From: an uncultured Verrucomicrobiae bacterium
GTDB lineage: Bacteria > Verrucomicrobiota > Verrucomicrobiia > Chthoniobacterales > JAFAMB01
NCBI GenBank assembly: GCA_963782115.1
Contig: CAWAIK010000003.1
Location: 1 to 64,000 of the forward strand
Direction: 5' to 3'
DNA length: 64,000 nucleotides
Shown: positions 11,946 through 24,424 of the stretch, one piece after another
Position numbering within the stretch: position 1 is the first letter of the stretch
How the letters are laid out: each line of letters starts with the position of its first letter
Translations under genes and position numbers: made by a program
The notes under the pieces: generated by a model
Database searches by the model: none
Told to the model about the DNA's origin: nothing
The model's input: only the letters and a program-made list of their open reading frames with translations

Positions 11946-13789
11946 GTCCGTAAACCCACCTAAAAAGAATATGCACGAAAACCATCCCATGGACGGACCG
12001 GAGATCTCGCTGGCAGAAGTGTCGCGCCTTATCAGAATGCGGCTTTATGAGGAGGCTCTCCAGTTATTGGAAAATACTTCGGCCGCGGCAACAAAGGACG
12101 AAAGCAACCTTTGTCGTGAATGCCGCCACTGACGTTTGGGGCGGGCTTGCCGGCTACAAGGGCACAGTATGGACGAATTGGTATCGGCGTTCGCTGGTAA
12201 AGGGTGTTTTGACCCTCGCCTACATGCGGAACACGCTGAATAAGAAGAACCTTGTAAATACTTACCCCAAAGGCTCCCTCACCGGCTTTCAAGCAGAGGG
12301 ACAGACCCAACCACTGCCCCCTTGTTATTAATTCCGAAGCCGACGACTTCCCCCTTCACTGTTTATTCCAAGCGCTACGCTATTGGCACCTTGGGCGGTA
12401 GGAATTCGAGTAATTTAATAGCGGACTTGCGCAAACGCTGCGGGAGCAAAGCAAATCGCGCAGATCAATCCGATGGATTTCAACACGAGGAATACTCTGG
12501 AGGCGTGGCGCAGCATTTCATCGGCGCGATTCAATCGGATCGCATGTCGATTTTCATAGGGTAAAGCAGCGCGCGTCGTAATCCCACGATCCAAAGAGTC
12601 GAACCAGCGCAAAAATGGGACGTTTCGTACATCATTTCCAAACGGGCGCACACGTCCGCTCGTTCATGACGAGGTCGGTCCTCGCACCAGCTTGGTGGAC
12701 CTTCGTCATACAGTCCATTAACCCGTTTTCGCAACGCTAAGGATGTGTGTTAGACTCAACTTTCGAGGTGGGAATGATCCTCGTCGTCTTGATCATCGTC
12801 TTTCCATTGCCTCTGATAATGTTGTGGTGCTTGTAATGATTTTGATCATGATAGTCTTCCTTTGATCTTGATCTACTCTTCTCAACGGATTGCCGTTGCT
12901 TTTGTGTATGACGAATGCTTCGCGCAAAATGCCTTTGTGTAGCACAGCAGCCCAAAAGCACTGAGGCTTGACCTGGAAAGCATTCCGGAGACCGGAGGTC
13001 ACGCCCGATTTTATACCTCTACGCGGCTGAGTTTCGTACAATCGAAAATGCAATTCCTAAATGATCATCCACGCTCTCGTCCCATTTTCTTCGTTGTCGC
13101 AGGGCCGCTCATTCATGACATGAATCCGGTCCTCATACCAGATCGGTTGCTCTTCAACATACAATCCCAGAGCGCGTTCCTGAAGGGTCGAGAATGTGCC
13201 GAAAGCAGCTCTTCTCGCGAGATCCACAACGATTACCTTTTCCCTTGGATTCTCGGTTGAATTTTCTGATTGGTTGCATTGAACGAGGTCCTTTGGAACT
13301 TCAACAACCGCTTCGTGTTGTTTAGTCATTGGCGCTCTGTCAGACCCGATTTTCGGAGTGAACTTCAAGTGGACGTAAAAAAATTGGTCGCTCATATTGC
13401 AGAAACATTCCTTCAACGATTAGACGGATCGGGTCCACGCAAACAGTGCAAGGATTGCGCCTCTGGCGACTGTTGCTGCGACCGCGAGTTGCAGCGCAAA
13501 CATCAGCTTTGGTATAATCGTGCCCCATTCGTGTTCGTTCGGTATGGAAGCTTGGCGGGGGTGACGCTGAACTACTTCGCCGAAAGTCGCCCTGGGAAGA
13601 TCAAAGGGAAAATCAGCACCAAACGCAGAAGGAATCAAAAATGCCATGTTGAACTTTACTATGGAAGCTACAGTAATCAATGTCATTATGGTCATTATTA
13701 ACGATAAACGAGCTCCTCCGTCGCAATTGTCATGGAATCCTCCTACGACATTTCCGGTCGTGACGCGCTCGCTTGGTTTGCTGGCTCAA

Positions 13790-14440
13790 GTCCGTCCCAC
13801 CGTCGCTCGTATCCAGGTAGCCGTTGGAAGTCTCCGTAAAGGCGGGCGAGGCGACCAACGCGCTCGCGACCTGCATCTGCGCATCGGAGGCGAGCAGCGC
13901 GTTGACCTGCGTCACCCCCGACTTATTCAGGGGGGCCTCCACCATTGGGTTGTTGAGCTGCGGCTGGTAAACGGCATAGAGCTGGTAAGGCTGGCCGTTC
14001 AACGAGGTAAACTCGACGTCGATGAGCAGGGTTGTCCGGGAAGGATCCGAAACCAAGATTGTGGTGAGGCGCCAGCGGTTGGCCGTGTCGGTGTTGACAA
14101 TTTGGTAGGTCAGGCTGTTGAGATCGTCTCCGTCCTTACGCCACCTGTGATGCTTTTCACGCCGCCCATGATCCGGGTTCACAAGTCGCGTCAGGGAGGT
14201 GGACGCGTCCTGGGCCTGTACCGCAAAGCTCTGCCCATCGCTGACGACGAAGTCGAGGTTACGGACGCTCGGCGTGTCGAGGCGAGGGTAGTAGACCTCG
14301 ATTAGTTAGCCGGCCGGCCTCCAGAGTGAACCACACGTTGCTCGCTGCGGTGTAGCTCGTGCCGAAGCCGGTTTTCTTCGAGGGCAACCAATCTGCGTTA
14401 CCGCCGGGGCCACCAGGCGCCACGCCCTGAGCTTGGATCG
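13790..14440 (-). pseudogene. Glucoamylase/glucodextranase (GH15-associated) N-terminal domain fragment
   Basis: KTGFGTS..SNVWFTL, EVYYPRLDTPSVRNLDFVVSDG and SNGYL.TSDG.TDL in shifting frames. Confidence 0.7.
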
Positions 14441-14708
14441 ATCGCTAACCAACGTAAACTGCCGCACAGGCAAGCACGGCCTGTGTCAATAGAACGAGGG
14501 TTTGTTTTTCATAGGGGGCATCCAATTTTGCGTGGCGAGACACACGCCTGACTCACAGGTTAATTGTTGCCCCGATCGCTTAGGTTCTCCCATACTATTC
14601 TCAACGCGTTACCGGTGCTTTCGCGTATGACAGAAACTGCCATCCGATTGTTTTGGAATAGTCAGGCAACATCTGGCATTCCATGTTATAATATTCAATA
14701 AATAATAT

Positions 14709-14930
14709 ATGAAACAATATCTCCTCCTGGTCCTGGTTGTCCTGGGGCTTGTCGCTTTGATTCCCACGGAATCTAAAGCCCAGGTTACCATTTCCGTAAG
14801 CCCGGGGTATTCCAACGGCTATTACTATCAGCAACACCCCTATTATCGTCACCATCATCACGTCCGGTATTACAACTACTACCACAATCAACGTTATTAT
14901 GGCTCTCAGCACTGGCATGACAATGACTAG
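14709..14930 (+). CDS. Small secreted Tyr/His-rich protein
   Basis: Signal peptide ending SKA-Q, low-complexity YYY/HHHH body, hairpin downstream. Confidence 0.7.
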   Translation: MKQYLLLVLVVLGLVALIPTESKAQVTISVSPGYSNGYYYQQHPYYRHHHHVRYYNYYHNQRYYGSQHWHDND

Positions 14931-14965
14931 AAGCCAACGGTAAATATTCCGTCCTTAATATTTGG

Positions 14966-15000
14966 AGACCTGCCGGGTAACGTGGCAGGTCTTGTGTTTC
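14966..15000 (+). terminator. Putative intrinsic terminator
   Basis: AGACCTGCC/GGCAGGTCT stem followed by TGTGTTTC. Confidence 0.5.
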
Positions 15001-15007
15001 AACTTAC

Positions 15008-15541
15008 TTGGACCTAGAAACGACGCAAAATGAGCCGCCACGTATTGCGCCGGTTATTTCTCTTCGGATGCAGACCACCAACCAGACTTGTTCGCCGGTT
15101 GTGGTTTGGCCGACGGCGGATGATCTCACAGGGGAGACGCGGCAAACTACAGGCGACATCTTGCCCAATGGCACTCCGGTCGCGGACTCTGAGGTCATGG
15201 GCTCGAACGAAAAGAGCACAGGCCAAATAACTTCGAAAGAGGCGACGAGCGTTGACCGCGAATTAATTCCCAAAATAAATCATCCCGACGTGCAGGCGAA
15301 CGTAAGTTCGTCGTCTCCCGCACATCAGCCAGATCCGGCGCGAGTCATCCGACCAAAGATCCCCAGTGTGAGATACCGGACCTCCATGCGGCCCAGATTG
15401 CTTGACGTGAAAATGCGACTAATCGCGCTCTGGCATCAAAGGTTCGCGCGAGATGAAAAATCTCGCGGTTGGACCCTGTTCTCGAACTCGAACAAATTGC
15501 GAAGAAAGAAAATCAGTTACACCGCCGCGACGAGCCATTGA
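15008..15541 (+). CDS. Hypothetical protein (possibly a fragment)
   Basis: 177-aa ORF with no recognised motif. Confidence 0.35.
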   Translation: MDLETTQNEPPRIAPVISLRMQTTNQTCSPVVVWPTADDLTGETRQTTGDILPNGTPVADSEVMGSNEKSTGQITSKEATSVDRELIPKINHPDVQANVSSSSPAHQPDPARVIRPKIPSVRYRTSMRPRLLDVKMRLIALWHQRFARDEKSRGWTLFSNSNKLRRKKISYTAATSH

Positions 15542-17301
15542 TGCGACTGTAAGGTGATCCAGTTTTGTGAGCGCTGGGTTGCTGATATCGCCGCCCATAA
15601 TGCCACGGAGGATGGCGCAGCTCAGTGACTAGCTTAAAAGCCGAAGTTATGCCTCTGAATCTTGGGACCTGTTTCATTCCGAACTCAGTTTCTGGTTGAG
15701 GAAGAGAGTGCTTGGTATCTTCAAAAATGCTTAAAGCGCGGCATCTCGTCGCAAAGTCGAAGAATCGCTCATCTTCCAGGGCGAACTCCAGCAAGATGTC
15801 TCCCGCGCCGATGCAAAGCAGCAGCTAAAGACAGACGGCTTCAGCAACAACGCCCACGGCTACGAACATCGGCATAAGACTGAATCCGCAAATGCTCGCG
15901 CCGAAGACGGCAAACATAGCGCATACCCAGTTGAGCAGGAGCAACTGAAACCTGGTTTCTAGAATTTTGTGGAGTACCAGGATGCGCAACGTTTTGGGGG
16001 TGCTGAATAAAAAGCCGAGAGGAGCGATTTCGTAAGCAACGATGAACTGACCATGAGACATAATCGATCGAGGAATTAGGGACGTACTGCATTCAAGGAG
16101 TCGCGATCCTTCTGAAAGACCGCATCGTCCCGTTGATCTGCTCTACCATTCGCTTGCTGAGCAGAGGGGGCCGAATGTGATTGGCATTGCTTTTGGCTAT
16201 GACGACACGGGAGCCTTCCCCGCCGCGCGGAATGCAGCCGTGAGCAGTTCCTTGCTGAGCGCCATCCCGAATAGTCGAGTTTAAACCGACATTCTATCAC
16301 CTGCCATGGCTTGCCGAAGCCCAGCGCTACGGTAAAAGTTCTTCCGGTATCATTTGCCCAACGTTTGCCATTCACAAAAGCAACTGTAACTCTTCGAAAA
16401 ATGTCTTGGAAAAGCTCGTCCGAACTATCGAAAATTATTTTGTCTGGGAGGATGCATGCACCGGGAGCGAAGCAGCCATCGAAAATACCCAATTCATGAG
16501 AAAGCTCTTCCTGCAAGCGATCTTGTTTGCTGTTCTGGGAAGTTAGGCGACACGCAGAAACGTGATCAGAGTCCTTTCAGCCTTTTGCTCGAGACCGAGA
16601 CCCGGCTACGTGCAGAGGCTCGAGACGTTCAGATTGAGCAGCTTAAGCGATCCAAAGAAAAAGATCGCCAGCGCTCAAGAGTCAACAATCTCTCCCGTAT
16701 TCGTTCAAGTTTGTTTCTGCCACCTTGTGGACGCAGGACTTTGCTAGTTACGAGCCAAAGGCGTGGATCTGTCAGACTGAATATCGCTCCAAGAACGCAT
16801 TTGGCGGATACGGTTTACCTGAGGAAGCTGACATCATTTTTGATGCGGACGGTTGTCGGGTATTGAATCCGATGTTGGAGAAGAAATCCGCTACAATGAC
16901 CGCAAGCGAGCGCAAAACGCTGGAGTACGCGATCAAAACGATCCACGACCATTTTAGCAACGCCCAATGAAAATACTTCTAAAGCGCTCTGAATTTCTTG
17001 GATACATTCCAACGTGGGAAATATTCGAAATTTCTGGCTATGCGGACGTTTTTCCTCCTCGCACCCGGGATCGAGAAATGATCACTCAGATGGCGAGAAA
17101 GATCTCGCAGTTGGACCCTGCGGTGTACAATCCAAGGCACGGTTACTCCATGCCAAATGCAGAAGATCAAATGTCTTTCGATATATGGAGCGATCTTTTG
17201 AAATTTAGGACAGTCGCAAAAATTAATCCTCGACGGTTCTTAAACCGGAAGGCCGATACCGGCTGAAAGCGGCTACCGTTCGGTCTTTGGGCGTTTCCAG
17301 G

Positions 17302-17664
17302 CTAAGCATCACTTCTGTCTGGGGATTTGTCTGCACACGTCCAAGGAAGATCGCATAGCCTCCTGCCTTGTATTTCGACCCTGACATTTATGTCTGCGTC
17401 TGACTCTCCTTCGAGCGCAAACCGATCTTCGCCCTCTTCTCCGTAAAGTGTCGCCGGAAATCCACGCATGGAGAACCCTTGCGTATGCGACACGTACCTA
17501 ATTTCCGAAACACGCCAGCGGGCCTTTCCATAATTTACCGTGCGGTCGACAACATAGACATGGTTCGCGTTGAAGCCCCTGATCGCGTTATTTTCGACCA
17601 GGACGATCCCATTGGTAACCCACTCGTCGGATCTAATATCGAAACTATAAATTCCGTCTCGCAT
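17302..17664 (-). CDS. GrlR-like beta-barrel protein, paralog 1
   Basis: MRDGIYSFDIRS..NGIVLVENNAIRGFNANHVY; similar to ORFs at 24209 and 25766. Confidence 0.5.
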   Translation of the reverse strand: MRDGIYSFDIRSDEWVTNGIVLVENNAIRGFNANHVYVVDRTVNYGKARWRVSEIRYVSHTQGFSMRGFPATLYGEEGEDRFALEGESDADINVRVEIQGRRLCDLPWTCADKSPDRSDA

Positions 17665-18089
17665 TCCCTGGAATTTACTGGAACGAGCGATACAGAGCAA
17701 GATTCCGACTGTGCCGATCAGCCATCACCGGGACGAACTCGGGCTACAGGTGCGAAGTGATCTAGCTCTAAGCGAGTTACCGATGTTTTATCCCACGGCT
17801 GTAGAGGGGCCGTTTAAGGCATCTCACCTTTAGGGAAGCATATCACTGGAAAAGTGCCGCCTACTTTGAACGGCGAGTTTCCGTTACCGCTGATATGGAA
17901 GGTAGTCACTCCCGCCTTTGCGTTCGTTAGCGGAGCAGCATAAACGCTTGAATCTAGGTCTCTTAGTTGAAGTTGGGCGTAATCCACATTTTCGGCCAGC
18001 ATTACTTCTGCTTGCGCATAGAACCTGCCATTGTCGTCATCCTTCTGGACGTGCTTAACGATAGAGGAGCTGGGAAACATGATCGGAGT

Positions 18090-18287
18090 CTATTGAGACG
18101 GTGTGACCACGGTTGTCGTTGTACTTGACGATTGAGGCTCAACGGGTTGGCCAGTCGTAGTCGTCGTCGTACTGCTGCGTTCGACGGTGGTTGTTGGCGG
18201 CGGGGATTGTTGAACCTGCTCACTGGTACAAGCCCCCAAAGAAAACGCCACTCCGATGAAAAGAACAATCCGAGACATGCTTGCCAT
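18090..18287 (-). CDS. Small Thr-rich lipoprotein
   Basis: Signal peptide with lipobox LGAC, then a Thr/Ser/Pro-rich tail. Confidence 0.7.
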   Translation of the reverse strand: MASMSRIVLFIGVAFSLGACTSEQVQQSPPPTTTVERSSTTTTTTGQPVEPQSSSTTTTVVTPSQ

Positions 18288-18742
18288 TGGTTAATCTCGC
18301 CCCGTTGAATCACTTTCTCCCATACATTTCTGCACTGGTTGACCTTGTCTCTAGGTATGGCGATGGATGGCCAAAGCAAGGCGTTCAGCTAAAGCTGGAT
18401 CAACCCACAAATGCGGCTTTTTGTTGAGGTCCGGGAACGAGAGTGAGCTGAATTGGTTCAAATGATCCCCAGCGTTGAGCTGTGAAGCGATGATGGTTAC
18501 GCCACCTTGTCCGGTCTCTGGAACCGCATTCCTGAGCGGCCTCCAGCTGCCGTCTCCCGGTTGCGGGAAATGGAGCAGTTGCTTTGGGCCTTCCGGTCGC
18601 TCGCGCCAAGCCTGTTTCTTGCGTTAGCAAACTCTTTGAATTTTTGGGTACGGGTCTGAATTTCTCCAATATCATCGCCGCATGTGAGACGGAGAATCGA
18701 TTGCGGGAAGGAGATCTATTCTCCTCCCGGAAGATGAGTGCC

Positions 18743-18768
18743 AGTCTACGATTTACCTGCAATCGACA
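18743..18768 (-). repeat. Orphan transposon-like end (TGTCGATTGCAGGTAAATCGTAGACT)
   Basis: Near-identical to copies at 38726(-) and 57814(+). Confidence 0.7.
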
Positions 18769-19017
18769 CCGGGCAATAGCGATGAGCGCTTTATCGCACA
18801 GGCGACTCACGCGCGCATACTCAATGACGACATGCGTCCAGACCAAGCTACTGGAAACGATTCTCAGGTGCTCAACGACTAAACATTTCTGTCTCGAGCC
18901 CCTCGGTTCGCTTGATGGCTGGGCAGCGGCCCTAGCTTGGAGCAGTCGGTCGATACTACTCTCTAGGTCTATGCCAGCCTCTTGGGGCTAAGAAAGGGAT
19001 GCTCTGGCGTCTCCTCG

Positions 19018-19502
19018 CTAGTCCGAACTAAAGACCTCACGCGCAACTTCTAAGCGCTTGGCCTCGACTCGGGCGTATTGTTCCACTGCACGCTTTTCCA
19101 GGCGCGCGTAATCCAATTCGCGAAGTCGCGGCAGAATATCGGCAGTTGTCGCTAGAGCGGTCCAGAGACCTCGCTTACCGGTGATTCCGAGAGCGAGGCC
19201 CTCGAGGGCATGGAGCAGGCCCATCTGTCCCTCCTCAGAATCGCTCAGTCGAATTTTCGCGCGGGAGAGCTTCTCCGCCACCCATGCGCCAGCTTTCGCA
19301 CCGCGCTTTCCTTCTTGCCGAGTTTTTCTATCAGATCCTGGAGTGTGTTTTGATCCGCCTCGATTTCGCTGCGGAGATCTTTGAAGAACTGTTCGAGCGA
19401 CTTTCCTTTATAGGTCTCGATAAGATGATCCACCAATTCCAAGGCGCCGACGGAACCGGCAAGGTGATCGTTCAAATAGATAGTGAGTTCTTCTTTGCTC
19501 AT
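19018..19502 (-). pseudogene. Conserved hypothetical helical protein, frameshifted
   Basis: LTIYLNDHLAGSVGALEL.. continues in another frame as ..LEGLALGITGKRGLW; shift near 19290. Confidence 0.6.
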
Positions 19503-19944
19503 GTTCCTATTGCGTTTTAACCGCTTATCTTTTAATGGCACTCCAACCCCGAATTGGCAGACTCACAATGCCCATAAAGGACGTTTCGAAAGGGATCACC
19601 GAGCGCACAATCGCTGGCGCTTTCTTGCGGTCATCACACGTTGATCGGCGGAACATTTGGTTGCGAAAGGCGCTACCTGATTCTGCTTTCGTGGGCAAGT
19701 GCATCCACTGGTACTGGCTTTGCAGCGCGATTCATTCCTATGCGTCATACCAATCCGCATCTAGTCGTCGTTCGGCAGATGCAAAGCCGCGGCTCGGAAG
19801 AGCGAGAGCGTCAGAGTAACTACATTGTTGACGCCGGCCGGCCTCAGGCTCCAATTGCCGGCACCAACAGCCTATTGGTATCCCAAGCAATGGGGACCCG
19901 AAAGCAGTAGGACGCCGTCGGTCAGGTCTATTTAACTATCTCGT

Positions 19945-20240
19945 TTGCCCATGAAAAAAGAACGCAACGGATCGCGAATTTTGAGGTCGCAGGACGGTAA
20001 ATCCTGCCACCTTGGTTCGACTGGGGTCCGATTTATGATTGATGGGAATGACTCGAGCTGCCGCTTTTCGCTCGTGGAACATCCGATGGAACCGCGGGCG
20101 CTCGCGGCGCCTCTGCATCGGCATCGGAATGAAGATGAATACAGTTTTGTAGTTGAAGGGCGGATTGGCGCTGATCTGGGTGGAGAGGTTGTTTCGGCAA
20201 TCGAGGCGACCTGATCTTCAAGCCACGCAATCAGTGGCAT
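19945..20240 (+). pseudogene. Cupin-domain protein fragment
   Basis: APLHRHRNEDEYSFVVEG; truncated after the frameshifted LIFKPRNQWH. Confidence 0.75.
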
Positions 20241-20350
20241 ACCTTCTGCGCATCGCTCTTGCCATGTACGGAAAGCACAACTCATCGCTTCTTTGCCGAA
20301 GGTTCCGCAACATGTTGTCGCGTCCGCGTTCACAATTCATGTGACGGATT

Positions 20351-20863
20351 ATGATGGAACCCCAGCCGCGGCCGGCTGCCATGTACCCATTGCGTACATC
20401 GGATTTAATTGAGCTGTCCACGCGTCAGAATTTTGCATTTTGGCTGCCTGGAGGGGAGATTTTGCGCGGCTGGGCCCGGAGCGCTTCCACTGAGACAGGT
20501 GAAGGTATCGCGTGGATCGAGGACGGAATACGGGACTATCGAACAACCGGCGCGATGGTGCGCATGCCATATTTTCTGGCACTAAAGGCTGAAGCCCTGT
20601 ACCTCGCGCAACGTGCCTCCGAAGCTCTTGAGGCAATAACGGAGGCGGAAGGAGCGGTCGAAAGATCTGAAGAGCGCTGGTGGTGTGCCGAAATACAGCG
20701 CCTTCGCGGTGTATTTCTCGCGGCTATGGGTGCTGACGAGACCCAAATTGAGGCTTCATTCTGCGCCGCAATCAGAATCGCAAACGAGCAGAAGTCGATT
20801 TCACTAGAGAAACGCGCAGAAGCAACCTACGCAGAATATCGCAGGCAAAAAGCGAGCGCGTGA
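20351..20863 (+). pseudogene. C-terminal TPR-like part of an adenylate cyclase/AAA-ATPase protein
   Basis: ERWWCAEIQRLRGVFL..IRIANEQKSISLEKRA; N-terminal domains absent. Confidence 0.7.
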
Positions 20864-21029
20864 GAAGGAGGTGGATTCCGACTGCCGCTTTCGTAACTAA
20901 CTTCTTGCAGCTCTTTCGTTCAACGCCCCGCCCGCGAAATCCTTCGCCGTTCTCCGCCGAGTCGCCAGATAGTTCAAACTGTACGTTTTTGGCGGAGACA
21001 GCTCGTGCGTGCGATGTATGGCGCCCTTT

Positions 21030-21159
21030 TTTGACTAAGGAGACGCTTGAGACCGCGAAAAGCTGGGTAGGAACCATCTCTCCGGAAGGTGTCACCACTT
21101 ACGGAGAGGAAGAGGGCCGAAATATTTGGCAAGCCGACAACGCTGCCTTCATGATCTGA
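21030..21159 (+). pseudogene. Sugar ABC substrate-binding protein scrap
   Basis: LETAKSWVGTISPEGVTTYGEEEGRNIWQADNAAFM. Confidence 0.55.
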
Positions 21160-21169
21160 CCAAACTTTG

Positions 21170-21850
21170 CTATGGTTGAGTGCGAGATTCGACGACCAGC
21201 CAACCACCCGTGCGGCCGGCGTTCTTCTCCGGCCTCAAAGCCACCACACATTGGGCCGCCTGCCGTAGCGTAAGATTTGCGATTCGGCCCATGCTCGCCT
21301 TGAAAAGGACGGCTTCTTTTCCCGCTGCCTCGATCACTACCTCATCTGGATTACCGTCGCCGATCATCTCGACCGGCCTATCAATAAGGATGCCTTCCTT
21401 ATATAAACCTGGCCGAACTACAATCCTGTCGCCCGGTTTGGCGGCCTGGAGCGCATCCGTCAAAGTAGAATGATCGCCGCGGTGGAACGTATCGACCACA
21501 TGGGTCGGCGGCTCTGTCTTCTGCACCGGACCGCGCGAAGCCTCAACGGGTTGTACGGAAGCGTTTGCGAGCGTCGCGCTTATAGCGTCAGTGTCTCGCC
21601 GGCTCTCTGAGGGGGCCGCCGCGGCTTCGTGTTTCGGATGGCCCCGTTCCAACGCCTCAGCAATCTGGGTTGCCATCTTCGCAAACATTTTGCGCACTTG
21701 TGACGACGTGATTGACTCACATCGCAGTTCCCGCCAGTCCACCCATTGACGAGCCGCAATGACTTTCGCCAGCGGATCGGCATCCCTCTTTGCAGCCTCG
21801 TTCAGCACCGCGCAGTCGACGTAATATACCGGCAAGATGAGATCATTGCG
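21170..21850 (-). pseudogene. TIR-like domain tail plus right-handed beta-helix start, truncated at both ends
   Basis: LILPVYYVDC..RQWVDWRELR, then ALQAAKPGDRIVVRPGLYKEGILID. Confidence 0.6.
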
Positions 21851-21885
21851 GTTTAGCTGCTTTTCGCTTTCCTCTGCTGCAGCGC

Positions 21886-22400
21886 ATGGCCTTGCCGATC
21901 ACGACAGGCTCGGTCTATTACGCGGGGATAAAGATCCATGAGACCCGCATCATCCGGCTCTTGGAGGTTCTTCTGCATGCCGGCAACAATCTCGGCGGCT
22001 GGAGCGCCAGGCAAATTCATCAAGTCATTCTCCAGGGCTTCCAACTGTCCGAAAAGGCCTACGGTCTCAACCAACTTCGCTACGACCTGCGCAAACTCAA
22101 AGGTCACGGTCTGCTCGAACGTGACGGCTCACGATACGCCTACCGCCTGACCAGCAAAGGCTTCCAAGTCGCTCTGCTGTTTGTGTTCTTCCACAAGCGT
22201 CTGTGCGGTCCGCTTGCTAACAGTCGCTTTCACCACCAACCAGACGCCGACCATCGGCCCAAGAGTAAACTTGAAGCTGCCTATTATAAGGTTGACAGGG
22301 CCCATCCAGGACATTGTCAATCTCCTCGATGCTGCCTGATACCGCTGCCTGCAAATCTTCAACCAATTATGTCGATGATTTTTGAGGCAAGAATCTAGAG
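21886..22400 (+). mobile_element. 3' fragment of a putative transposase with winged-helix tail, plus element end
   Basis: YGLNQLRYDLRKLKGHGLLERDGSRYAYRLT; ends at ..GGCAAGAATCTAG. Confidence 0.55.
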
Positions 22401-24194
22401 CAGCGGGTGCGCCAGGATCAATCCTCGGATTCCGCAAGAGAAGCGCCCGTGTGTTCAGCCAATACGGCGTATTTCGCAAGGGCTGCCGAGTTCTCCGGGG
22501 TGAGTTCGATTTTCATCGTTGGGGGGTCGGGTTACGCCGATTGTAAACGCCTGAACTCAGGGAAATCGAGACGAAAGTACCCCCTGCCGCAAAGCTTGAT
22601 GCTGTGGGTGGCTGTAGCGAAGCGCGACGGTATTCCGGCAAGGGATTCTCGAACAGCCGAGTCGGGGGGGTACAGCCTTCTATCGAGCGGGCGAAATTCG
22701 TACGGTGGGGCTTGGCCCAGTCAAAAAAAGTGGAGATAGACGGGGGTGTGCTTTGCAGCGTGGACCGGGAGGATTACCGGTGAATGCGTTTCACATGGCA
22801 CCGCGTTTTGCGGGTGTTCCAAAATAAGGATGTCATCGTAAGAGGATAGACGCGCTTCAGCGATGTAACTCGAACGCGAGGCGCATCAGCCAAATCCACG
22901 TCACTTTGATTCGTCACCGCTCCTCGTTCTCTTGAAGACAAAAAATGCGCAAGAACCTGCGTAAGATTCCCTGATCCTACCGACCGCGAACCAAGGCGTA
23001 GATATTTGTTCTCGGACTAAGCCTCACTTCTGTCCCTCTTGAGGAATAAATTTTTAAATGCGATCTGCCGACTTCTTAAATATGAAGGGTCCTTATCGAC
23101 CCCGTCTTCTGGTTTACTCTCAGCAGATTCGTTCGTTTGTGCCGAATTCGCCTCCGGCGGAGTTGGATTGGGCTCTGCCTTTTTGCTGTCCATGGTTCTC
23201 TTCAGCTAATAAATTCAATGGTTTCAGTTACTGCAATAATTTGGAACTATTGTCAAGCGGGTTGCGCCTTGCCGCGCGCCACAACAGACAAGTTGCTTTC
23301 GGTACGCGATTGATGGGACTTCAACTAAGCGTTTTTGAGATGCTGGAGAGCCAAATATCCGAAGCAGATCCGAAGTAAGCGACCGCTCAGCCCCGACCTG
23401 AAATTCGTAACCTCTGGAACGCATTCCGATTCTGCCTATCGGGTAAAGCAATGCCCTGCAAAGGGTGAGATAATTGATGCCGGTGCTATGTGAAAAAGCC
23501 AAGAGGTGCATAACCTTTCTACATGGTACTGAGCGTTACTTATGAGCTTACGGAGACAGGATTTTCGCCTCACATAACGGGTCATTCATGGGACAAAGAC
23601 ATTCGATCGCGGCTGGTTGCCCGGTCGATGCCACAGATCTTGTCCAGGACGACTCCCGTTTAAACGACGCCTCTTCGGGCGGCGCAATGGAACGAAAATA
23701 GCGGCCAGCGTATCACAACGCCCCCGGCGTTTTCCAGTATTATCATGATCACGGAAATATTTTTCAGGTAAACCCCTTACCGCTGTTATAGTTTCGGGCA
23801 ATCTGGTAATGGTTCTACGTGAAATCGCCCGGATCGGACGCGGTGAGACGGTCGCCAACGGTCGACGCAGAGCGCCGGATCTTGGCTTGGCGACTGTGCG
23901 GTAAGCAATCGTTCCAGTTCACAATCTTGCCTGCTGAAAATGGGTACCGGCTCCGTGTCAATCATGGCGGGGCCGAATATTTATGGCCGGACATTTACCC
24001 TACTTTGGAAAAGGCCGGCAAAGAGATCCTGAAGGCGCTCACAACTGCGTCGGAATGCCGAGGAGAGCTATAAAAACTGGGACCGTTCTCTCTTAAGGTT
24101 CCAGTTACGACGAATGTTCATGTCTATGCCGCACCCACCTGCCTCGATCGGTACCCAGACGGAGCACGAGACCCCGCAAGATCGTGACATCGTG

Positions 24195-24200
24195 TATAAT
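24195..24200 (+). promoter_or_regulatory. -10 box TATAAT 8 nt before ATG (leaderless-type start)
   Basis: TATAAT-TGAAACAA-ATG with no SD; same arrangement duplicated at 24831. Confidence 0.5.
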
Positions 24201-24208
24201 TGAAACAA

Positions 24209-24424
24209 ATGCGCGACGGAATCTACAGAGTTGATTTCCAGAAGGGGAAAGATGCTGGCAAGGGAATAGCGAGGGTCAGAAATGGAGACTTCACAGGAAT
24301 TGACCAAACCCATACTTACATCGGCCGTATCAAGAGCAAAGGCGAACAAATCAGCGGTAGTGTGGAAAAATCAAATCACCCCGGTATGCACCGGGGAATG
24401 GGTTGCGGAGCTCTAACGGATTGA
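24209..24424 (+). pseudogene. GrlR-like paralog 2, internally deleted
   Basis: MRDGIYRVDFQKGKDAGKGIARV nearly identical to the 25766 ORF; shares its 3' end (CGGATTGACGCTCGGTATG). Confidence 0.65.
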